From IMG/VR virus record IMGVR_UViG_3300047157_000140: 20,000 nt of DNA; one strand, given 5' to 3'. This document shows, piece after piece, positions 8,835 through 16,148 of this stretch. Position numbers and translations under genes: made by a program. How positions within the stretch are numbered: position 1 is the first letter of the stretch; every line of letters begins with the position of its first letter. Below the pieces are notes generated by a model, which saw only the letters and a program-made list of their open reading frames with translations, searched no databases and was not told where the DNA came from. Origin of the DNA: an uncultured virus (IMG/VR IMGVR_UViG_3300047157_000140). Its lineage: Duplodnaviria > Heunggongvirae > Uroviricota > Caudoviricetes > Crassvirales.

Positions 8835-9596
8835 ATGTATTATTTATACCACATACCAGGTAAAAAGATTGGCGTAACGCGTAATCTTAAGAACAGAGTT
8901 ACCCTTATACAAGGCTATAAGGAGAATGAGTATGAGGTTCTTGAACAGTCAGAAGATATAGATTATATATCAGACCGTGAAATAGAACTTCAAACGTCTT
9001 ATGGCTATAAAAAAGATATAAAATTATATAAAAACCTATTTAATAAAATGAAAATAAACATAACAGAACAAACCTCAACTTTCCCTTGTCCGGTTAATAA
9101 ACTAAAAGGACAACTTATGGATAACATAGGTTTAACTTGGAAGCATCCAGAGTTCGGTAAGTTTGAAATAACAAAAGAAAACATACCTTGGATAATGGCC
9201 AACGTTAAAACTTCAATGTTTAACAACGATAGAAGCTACATTTATAACAAAGCTTTTTACGAAGCTTACTACAATACAGATCACACACCTGCTAAAACAG
9301 ATGAAAGGTTTGATTTAATAAGAGATTGGGCTGCTACAAGAGGCTTATATGACAAAGGTGATTCAAATACACAATATGTCAAACTACAAGAAGAGGCTGG
9401 TGAGCTTGCTAAAGCATTGCTTAAAGATGATAAACCAGAAATTGTAGATGCTATAGGTGATATAGTTGTAGTACTTACAAACTTAGCACACTTACAGGGA
9501 TATGATATAGAATATTGTATTGATGAAGCTTATAAAGTTATAGCAGCAAGAACAGGTAAAATGATTAACGGAACATTCGTAAAAGATGCAGATTAA
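8835..9596 (+). CDS. Multidomain protein: GIY-YIG-like N-terminus, unknown middle domain, MazG-like NTP pyrophosphohydrolase
   Basis: C-terminal IRDWAATRGL...KLQEEAGEL...DAIGDIVVVL...RTGKMINGTFVK is MazG-like; N-terminal YYLYH...KIGVT...R...REIELQ resembles GIY-YIG. Confidence 0.8.
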   Translation: MYYLYHIPGKKIGVTRNLKNRVTLIQGYKENEYEVLEQSEDIDYISDREIELQTSYGYKKDIKLYKNLFNKMKINITEQTSTFPCPVNKLKGQLMDNIGLTWKHPEFGKFEITKENIPWIMANVKTSMFNNDRSYIYNKAFYEAYYNTDHTPAKTDERFDLIRDWAATRGLYDKGDSNTQYVKLQEEAGELAKALLKDDKPEIVDAIGDIVVVLTNLAHLQGYDIEYCIDEAYKVIAARTGKMINGTFVKDAD

Positions 9597-9873
9597 AACA
9601 CAAGATAAGATAGTACAACAAGTACTAAGGAAGATGGACGAACGTAGTTTAATAGGTCAAAAGAAATATGGAGCTACTATGATGCAAGAAATTGAAGGTC
9701 AAGAAAAAGATCTTAATAGATTTCTTGTTGATGTACAAGAAGAATTAATGGACGCGTTATTATACATTGAAGCAGCTAAAAGATGTTTACAAGATGAGGT
9801 TGAGGAAGTTGCTTATAAAAGATTTACTAGTGACGTAACTAATATAGAGGTCAATGAGGAAGAAACTTTATAA
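9586..9873 (+). CDS. Small all-alpha NTP-pyrophosphatase-like protein
   Basis: R...GQKKYG and QEELMDALLY (EExxD) motifs. Confidence 0.6.
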   Translation: MQIKTQDKIVQQVLRKMDERSLIGQKKYGATMMQEIEGQEKDLNRFLVDVQEELMDALLYIEAAKRCLQDEVEEVAYKRFTSDVTNIEVNEEETL

Positions 9874-10309
9874 ACGCAAAAAGGGTCCAGTACAGTCAAA
9901 GAAAATAACCTATGATGGTATCAACTTTGCTTCTGGGCTCGAGCGTTATATGTATATGGCACTACGTAAAGCTAAGATAACAGCTTTGTATGAAGGCCAA
10001 ACGTTTGAGCTTTCTGAGTCTTTTGATTTTCCTTTTGAAGCATACGAAAGATGTGGTAATGGTAAAGGAGAATATAAAAACAGAGGCAAAAAGAAAATAT
10101 TAAACATTAAATATACACCAGACTTTGTAGGTAAGGGTTTTATAATTGAAACTAAAGGTAGAGCTAATGAATCGTTTCCACTTAGGTGGAAGCTTTTTAA
10201 AAAGTTAATAACAGAAAGACGATTAGGACCACTTACATTATATAAACCACAAAATCATAAAGAATGCGACGAAACAGTAAGGTTAATCCTAGAGAAAGCA
10301 AAAGAGTAG
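9854..10309 (+). CDS. Endonuclease I-like / DUF1064 PD-(D/E)XK nuclease (putative Holliday junction resolvase)
   Basis: DGINFASGLE, YTPDF and IIETKG motifs. Confidence 0.8.
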   Translation: MRKKLYKRKKGPVQSKKITYDGINFASGLERYMYMALRKAKITALYEGQTFELSESFDFPFEAYERCGNGKGEYKNRGKKKILNIKYTPDFVGKGFIIETKGRANESFPLRWKLFKKLITERRLGPLTLYKPQNHKECDETVRLILEKAKE

Positions 10310-10425
10310 CTAGACAAAGATACGGAGAACGCAAACTAAACACGTGGATAAAATGGAGATGGAAACAGTTTGGTGTAATTAGATATAAAGATTTATTAAA
10401 ACAATGTAAAGATTATAATATATGA
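10264..10425 (+). CDS. 53 aa basic hypothetical protein
   Basis: MRRNSKVNP...KQCKDYNI*; ATGA overlap with the next ORF. Confidence 0.5.
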   Translation: MRRNSKVNPRESKRVARQRYGERKLNTWIKWRWKQFGVIRYKDLLKQCKDYNI

Positions 10426-10565
10426 AAGAAAAGAAAAATTGGAGTTTGTCATTTGGATTTTACCCTGGTATACTGCTAGGTGTTAGATCTTACAATGAAC
10501 CAGAGCAAACCACTCATGTGCTATACATACCTTTTGTAGATATAGCTTTAGAAATATTTCACTAA
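10422..10565 (+). CDS. 47 aa hypothetical protein
   Basis: MKEKKNWSLSFGFYPGILLGVRSY...YIPFVDIALEIFH*; ATGA and TAATG overlaps at its two ends. Confidence 0.65.
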   Translation: MKEKKNWSLSFGFYPGILLGVRSYNEPEQTTHVLYIPFVDIALEIFH

Positions 10566-11524
10566 TGGGTTTGTTTGATGAGCGCATAGCGTACAAACCG
10601 TTTGATTACCCTGAATATTATACTGAGGGTTGGTTAAAACAAGCTCAGGCGTTTTGGTTACACACTGAAATACCTATGCAAAGTGATATTAAAGATTGGA
10701 AAGAAAAATTAGATGAAAAAGAAAAAAACCTTGTCGGGAACATACTTCTTGGATTCGCACAGACGGAATGCGCGGTATCAGACTATTGGACCCAAAAAGT
10801 CGTATCGTGGTTTCCTAAACACGAAATAAGACAAATGGCCATGATGTTTGGCTCACAAGAAACAGTACACGCTGTGGCTTATAGTTATTTAAATGAAACA
10901 TTAAAACTAGAAGATTATGAAGCGTTTTTACACGAACCTGCAACAGCCGATCGTTTTGATAACTTGGTTGCTTATGATGGCGACGACCCTGTGGGTATCG
11001 GAACCTCTCTTGCTATCTTCTCCGCTTTTGCAGAAGGCGTTAGCTTATATAGTGCCTTTGCTGTTCTTTATAGTTTTCAGCTACGCAATTTACTTAAAGG
11101 CATCGGACAACAAATGAAATGGTCCGTGAGAGATGAAAGCTTACATAGTAAAATGGGTTGTCAGTTGTTCAGACATATGTGTGAAGAAAATAAAACACTT
11201 TTAAAAGACTGTGAATCAGACATATATAAAGCAGCTAATACTATGGTTGAATTAGAGGAAAAGTATATAGATAAAATGTTTGAAATGGGTGACATTGAAG
11301 GTATTAAAGCTTACGACTTAAAACAATTTATAAGAAAAAGAGCTAATGAAAAACTTATTGAACTTGGTTACAAAGAAGCTTTCGAGTTTGACGAAAAAGC
11401 AGCTGACAACCTTAGTTGGTTTTATCATCTTACCGGGGGCGTCACTCATACTGATTTCTTCGCTATTAGGCCGACTGACTATAGTAAAGCAAATGAAGGA
11501 GAAGATTTCGAAGACATATGGTAA
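10565..11524 (+). CDS. nrdB: Class I ribonucleotide reductase beta subunit
   Basis: KPFDYP, FW.HTE, metal ligands QTEC, ETVH, AEG, DESLH; Tyr in HAVAY; TDFF and DY in the C-terminal tail. Confidence 0.95.
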   Translation: MGLFDERIAYKPFDYPEYYTEGWLKQAQAFWLHTEIPMQSDIKDWKEKLDEKEKNLVGNILLGFAQTECAVSDYWTQKVVSWFPKHEIRQMAMMFGSQETVHAVAYSYLNETLKLEDYEAFLHEPATADRFDNLVAYDGDDPVGIGTSLAIFSAFAEGVSLYSAFAVLYSFQLRNLLKGIGQQMKWSVRDESLHSKMGCQLFRHMCEENKTLLKDCESDIYKAANTMVELEEKYIDKMFEMGDIEGIKAYDLKQFIRKRANEKLIELGYKEAFEFDEKAADNLSWFYHLTGGVTHTDFFAIRPTDYSKANEGEDFEDIW

Positions 11525-11770
11525 CAAGAAGAAAACTACTTAAGCTTTTAGCTTACACAAATAAGTTAACATCATATCAAAAGTTTCGCATCACGTGTAG
11601 GTTACATGGGTGCGGGTTTTTTGATAGCAGGGCAATGGACATTAGATCCTAGGCTTTTCATGATAGGTTTTATATGTGTTATAGTACAAACATCATCAAG
11701 AAAACAATGGAACTTAGTTGCATTGAATATTAATGGGCTAATAGCTTGGATAACTCATTTTATAAAATAT
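11518..11770 (+). CDS. Small multi-pass membrane protein (about 80 aa), one frameshift near 11587, reads in frame into nrdA as sequenced
   Basis: MVTRRKLLKLLAYTNKLTSYQKF / ASRVGYMGAGFLIAGQW...FMIGFICVIVQ...WNLVALNINGLIAWITHFIK; three hydrophobic segments. Confidence 0.55.
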
Positions 11771-13490
11771 ATGTGGAACAATGAATGGAAAAAAGGTGAA
11801 GACTACCCAAAGTGGGGAGACACCGAAGTATATAAAAAAACAATATCTGGAGGATACTTATATCAAGGAGAAACACCTAAGGAGGCTTATAAAAGAGTCG
11901 CGAAAACGGTTGCTCGTAGATTATATAAGCCAGAAATGGCAGAAACTTTCTTTGAGTATATTTGGAATGGTTGGCTATGCTTGGCTAGTCCGGTACTTAG
12001 TAATACAGGTACTGATCGCGGTTTACCTATTAGCTGTTTTGGTATCGATGTGGCTGATAGTATACAAGACATTGGACAAAAAAACTTAGAGATGATGCTA
12101 CTCGCTAAGCACGGCGGTGGAGTTGGTATCGGTATAAATCAAATAAGACCCGCCGGCGCTAAAATAACAGGAAATGGAACAAGTGATGGAGTTGTGCCGT
12201 TTTGTAAAATATACGATTCAACTATACTTGCCACTAATCAAGGATCTGTCCGAAGAGGAGCTGCATCAGTTAATATCAATATTGAGCATGCCGATTTCGA
12301 AGAGTGGCTTGAAATTAGAGAACCTAAAGGAGACGTCAATCGTCAATCGCTCAACTTACACCAGTGCGCTGTGGTCGGCGATAAGTTCATGCGAAGACTT
12401 GAAGCAGGAGATAAACAAGCTAGAAAAAGATGGAGTAAACTTCTTCAAAAGCGTAAAGCAACTGGAGAACCTTATATCCTATTTAAAGGGAAACACAAAC
12501 AAAAATAACCCAAAGCATACAAAGATAACGGTCTCAAAGTTCATATGACAAACATATGTTCAGAAATAACGTTACACACTGATGAAAATCATAGTTTTGT
12601 ATGTTGTTTATCATCATTAAATTTAGCTAAATATGAAGAATGGAAAGGTACAAACCTTATTTATGACAGTATATGGTTCCTTGATGGAGTCATGGAAGAG
12701 TTTATACAACGAGCTAAAGGCTTACGAGGCTTTGAAAACGCGGTTAGGTCAGCTACGAAAGGAAGAGCGCTTGGCCTTGGGAGTTTTGGGCTGGCACACG
12801 TACTTACAAGAAAAAGGTATCTCGTTCGAAGGTTTACTTGCTCAGTTTGAAACTAGGAAAATTTTTAGTCAAATTAAAATTGAAAGTGAAAGAGCTAGTA
12901 TGGCACTTGCAGAAACTTACGGAGAACCTTTATGGTGTTCTGGAACTGGTATGCGTAATACTCATTTACGTGCTGTTGCTCCTACTGTTTCTAATAGTAA
13001 GCTTAGTGGAAATGTTTCGCCGGGTATAGAACCTTGGGCTGCAAATGTTTTTACAGAACAACAGCTAAAGGTACTTTTATACGTAAAAATCCTACTTAGT
13101 TAAACTATTAAGAAAACTTAAAATAAATAACAATGAAACGTGGGATAAAATACTTGCCGATGGTGGTAGTGTACAAGATCTTGCTGAGCTTGATGATGTT
13201 GTTATGGCACACGACGTCACCCGCAAAGGAGGTATTTAAAACTTTTAAGGAGATTAATCAACTAGAATTAGTTAATCAAGCTGGACTGAGACAGCAGTAT
13301 GTAGATCAGTCAGTTAGTTTGAACTTAGCTTTTCCTAGTGTAGCTACGCCTAAATGGCTTAACAAAGTTCATTTTGAAGCTTGGAAAAAAGGTGTTAAAA
13401 CTTTATATTATACAAGGACTGAATCAGTGCTTACGTGGAGATATTGCTACTCAAGCTATGAATGAAGATTGTTTAGCTTGTGATGGATAA
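11771..13490 (+). CDS. nrdA: Class I ribonucleotide reductase alpha subunit, short form with no ATP cone evident (frameshifted)
   Basis: ASPVLSN, PISCF, GGGVG, RRGA, GEPY, TNICSEI, CCLSSLN, LGLG, APTVSNS, DQSVSLN, KTLYY, C-terminal CLACDG* at 13488-13490; pieces lie in different frames. Confidence 0.93.
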
Positions 13491-13494
13491 AAAT

Positions 13495-13521
13495 AAAGGG
13501 GGATTAATTTCCCCCTTTTTT
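13495..13521. terminator. Intrinsic terminator, likely bidirectional, between the convergent arms
   Basis: AAAGGGGGA-TTAATT-TCCCCCTTT hairpin with a T run on the right and an A run on the left; directly after the nrdA stop. Confidence 0.8.
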
Positions 13522-13872
13522 CATTCTAATAGCCTTGTTTTGATCTGACGTAGCAGGTTTGCTAACAGGCTTATTATTGTTGTTGCTATTATTATTGTTT
13601 GAATTATTATTATTACTAGGGCTATATATAGGCCTGTTGTTGTAATAAGGTTGATAGTAACCAGGATATTGATTCCAGTTATTATAATAGTTATTGGGAT
13701 ACCTTACTATTTTATAATACACATTAGGCCTTATCATGTTTATAGGCAATCTAAGAGTATCACCAGTTTCTGTAACAGCTAAAACATGTGTTACCATTAT
13801 TTTAGGTTTTTGATCTTGCACAGCACAGCTACCTAACACTATGCTTAATAAAATTAAAATTGATTTTTTCAT
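13504..13872 (-). CDS. Lipoprotein with Tyr/Asn-rich low-complexity tail
   Basis: MKKSILILLSIVLGS-C lipobox from ATG 13872; poly-Asn tract at about 13570-13616. Confidence 0.75.
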   Translation of the reverse strand: MKKSILILLSIVLGSCAVQDQKPKIMVTHVLAVTETGDTLRLPINMIRPNVYYKIVRYPNNYYNNWNQYPGYYQPYYNNRPIYSPSNNNNSNNNNSNNNNKPVSKPATSDQNKAIRMKKGGN

Positions 13873-13876
13873 ATAA

Positions 13877-14284
13877 TTAACATTTCCAACGTCTACGCGC
13901 TGCTTTACCTCTTTCACCAGTCCAACCCTTGGATCTAGCACAGAAAGATTTTCTTCTTTTAGCAGCTTTACTACCTGGCTTTACATCACCAGTAACTGCT
14001 GTTTGTAAATTACTACCTGGGTTTTTAGCCTTATAAGCTTTAACACCTGTTGATGTCATACCAGCGCCTTCTTCAGTAGATCTAAAGTTTCTGCCTTTAC
14101 CTTTAGTAGTTTTTCTTATTTCTCTTTTGTTTTTTCTTTCAGCTCTACGTTCAGTTCTAAACTCTTTACGTTCAGCTCTAGATTCTTTTCTCTCTTCCTT
14201 TGTTCTCTTTTTACTTGGAGAAGAGCATTCTTTTTTTAACAAAGGAGAATTATATAGTGCTCTCTGTCTAGCTAACCAAGTCAT
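13877..14284 (-). CDS. Highly basic phage protein (DUF6321-like C-terminal domain)
   Basis: GMTSTGVKAYK..NPGSNLQTAVTG...RRKSFCARSKGW...ARRRWKC; R/K/E-rich N-terminal half. Confidence 0.7.
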   Translation of the reverse strand: MTWLARQRALYNSPLLKKECSSPSKKRTKEERKESRAERKEFRTERRAERKNKREIRKTTKGKGRNFRSTEEGAGMTSTGVKAYKAKNPGSNLQTAVTGDVKPGSKAAKRRKSFCARSKGWTGERGKAARRRWKC

Positions 14285-14445
14285 TATTTAGGTACACATT
14301 CATTAACTTGTTTAGGCGAACCGTCAGCGTTTTTCTTACCACTAGGTGAGTCTTGCAAGCCTACCTTCTTATGTGTTTTCCAACAATTTATTTTTGCTGG
14401 TGATCTAAAATGTGTTACGCTTTGTACTTTTTTACATATACTCAT
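14284..14445 (-). CDS. 53 aa basic protein with CW...G...VNECV motif
   Basis: MSICKKVQS...NCWKTHKKVG...KQVNECVPK*; ATGA and TAATG overlaps with its neighbours. Confidence 0.65.
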   Translation of the reverse strand: MSICKKVQSVTHFRSPAKINCWKTHKKVGLQDSPSGKKNADGSPKQVNECVPK

Positions 14446-14896
14446 ATTACCATGTATTTAGTTTTGTTATTTTCGTCTTGTATACGCTTTTAAACATCTA
14501 TTTCTATTCTTATCCTCAGATACATAACTTATATGCACCCAGTTAGGATTTTCATCCGTACCAAATTCCCATATCATCTGATCGTAATCTAAGTTTGCTT
14601 TTATCCACTTATACATCTCTGCATTAGTAGCATGACCATATGTATCATCAATATCAATTGCTTGACCATTACAATGTTGTGATTTAGAACTTCCGCCAAT
14701 AGCTTTGTTAAGTTCAGGTCCACGATAAAACGAGTTGATCTTTATAGGACCTCCTACGTGCTTTCTAAGAGGCTCAAACACTTTTTCTGATATAGTAATC
14801 ATGTTTAATAAATGATCATCAGTAGGATCGTTTTTAAACCTAGCCTTTCAGCTGTTATGCTATACACTCCTTCGTGTAGACTTACGTGCTTATCAT
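14442..14896 (-). CDS. Peptidase M15 family Zn peptidase, probable endolysin (frameshifted ends)
   Basis: INSFYRGPELNKAIGGSSKSQHCNGQAIDID and WVHISY (H, D, H zinc ligands); KHVSLHEGVYS upstream; reconstructed C-terminus ...KTKYMVI*. Confidence 0.88.
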
Positions 14897-15099
14897 TTTT
14901 CTTTTTTCTACCTTTACGAGCCTTACCTTTAACAGCGTCTGTTATGTCAGCCACTTGGCTACCAACTTCTTTTATCAGCAACATCTATTTCTTCCTTAAC
15001 AGCTTTAACTCTTTTTTTAGTTTCTTTAACTGTAGCTATAACTTTTTCATCTATAGTAGTTTTACCTAAAACCCAGTTCCAAAATGACACATTAATCAT
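14897..15099 (-). CDS. Small coiled-coil protein with basic tail (frameshifted)
   Basis: MINVSFWNWVLGKTTIDEKVIATVKETKKRVKAVKEEI...KEVGSQVADITDAVKGKARKGRKKK; stop ambiguous. Confidence 0.5.
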
Positions 15100-15519
15100 T
15101 TATTCAAATTTACTTGCTTTGTTTAATTTCGTATTATTGATTCTTGAATTTCTTTTAAATCCTGCAGGTAATTCAAGATCTAAACCAGCTTTAAAAACTG
15201 TTTCTTTTATACCACCTTTAAATATAATAATTGTAGGTGCCATACGAACTCTATATTTCTTTTTTGCAACTGGAGCTTTAGCTATATCAACTCTATAATA
15301 CGTCGCATCTTGTAGTTGTTCCCATTCAGCAAAACAATTAACTTCATTAAACTTAGCCCAAAACTCTACAACAATAGGTATACTATCATCATCACCAAAA
15401 GCATGGTGTCCACTTATTTTATCTTCAAAATTTGATCATCTAATCCAGTATTTATCAGGAACTTCTGATTGGCTATATGATAAAAATGGTATTAATAATA
15501 ATAAAATTAAGTATTTCAT
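15100..15519 (-). CDS. Secreted thioredoxin-fold protein lacking CxxC (frameshifted)
   Basis: Signal MKYLILLLIPFLSYS-Q; IVVEFWAKFNEVNC; YYRVDI; KYRVRMAPTIIIFKGG (cis-Pro loop). Confidence 0.7.
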
Positions 15520-15841
15520 TATCTATTTTTTTGTATCTCGTATAATCTTTCATCTATCTTATCTAGTTGCTCTAATATCATCTTCTACATCTTCTTGAGT
15601 GTCCATATTGTCTGACGAATCAATTCGTCTTTTAATCATATTCTGATTCTATAGATAACAGGTTCAGGTAATTCTTTAGCTAAAGCTATATCTGCTTTAA
15701 ACTAAACCAAACACCAGCTAAAGATATTATAGCCAAATATTACATGCTCCTATTGTTTTTAATGATATACCAAAATCTGGTTTACCATCACCATCTATAT
15801 CTATACCTATTTGATGTATTTTCGTCGATATTCTTTGCCAT
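15519..15841 (-). CDS. Single-TM plus coiled-coil protein with a DIDGDGKPD loop (frameshifted)
   Basis: Pieces: MAKNIDEN, IGIDIDGDGKPDFGISLKTIG, IISLAGVWFS, KADIALAKELPEPV, DTQEDVE, QLDKIDERLYEIQKNR*. Confidence 0.6.
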
Positions 15842-15842
15842 T

Positions 15843-16148
15843 TTATTTCTCTTTTAATTCTTCAATTGTTGCTATAAGTTTTTCTACATCTTTCTGTAGG
15901 TATTCAATTCTTAAATCTTGCTTAGCATCATCAGGTAAAGCACCCATTTCACCTCTAGGCCATTTTATTCTAAACTCATCGTTTAATGTTTGATTATATT
16001 CTAATCTAACAATTATAGAAGCTTCTATGTTACTTATTTTTGCTGTTAAATCAAACCATATACCAGCTACAGATATAATACCTATAATTATACCTATTAA
16101 TGTTTTTATATCAAGTTTTACTTCTGATTTTTCTGATAATTCTTCCAT
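15843..16148 (-). CDS. Single-TM plus coiled-coil membrane protein
   Basis: TM LIGIIIGIISVAGIWF followed by a heptad-rich C-terminus; intact 101 aa ORF. Confidence 0.75.
   Translation of the reverse strand: MEELSEKSEVKLDIKTLIGIIIGIISVAGIWFDLTAKISNIEASIIVRLEYNQTLNDEFRIKWPRGEMGALPDDAKQDLRIEYLQKDVEKLIATIEELKEK

Noticed and set aside
54..13029. Antisense and alternate-frame ORFs in the track (e.g. 54-251, 3964-4281, 5295-5633, 7573-7995, 11781-12089)
   Set aside because: They are shadows of well-supported + strand genes and have no recognisable motifs.
5128..13490. Stop-codon reassignment (TGA/TAG) as the cause of broken genes
   Set aside because: Homologous motifs resume in different frames rather than after an in-frame stop, and TAG and TGA end intact genes such as sigma and erf.
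6463..13490. Pseudogenes, introns or inteins in the helicase and nrdA
   Set aside because: Catalytic motifs are intact, reconstructed lengths are normal or short, and no inserted homing endonuclease or intein motifs were seen.
13570..13616. TTA/TTG triplet repeat as a CRISPR or contingency repeat
   Set aside because: It is an imperfect codon repeat encoding poly-Asn in the lipoprotein, with no repeat-spacer structure.
13873..13941. Extended N-terminus of the lipoprotein ORF (TTG start at 13941)
   Set aside because: It overlaps the upstream gene, and the lipoprotein signal begins at ATG 13872.
14812..15993. + strand ORFs 14812-15069 and 15811-15993
   Set aside because: Antisense shadows of the - strand envelope/lysis genes.
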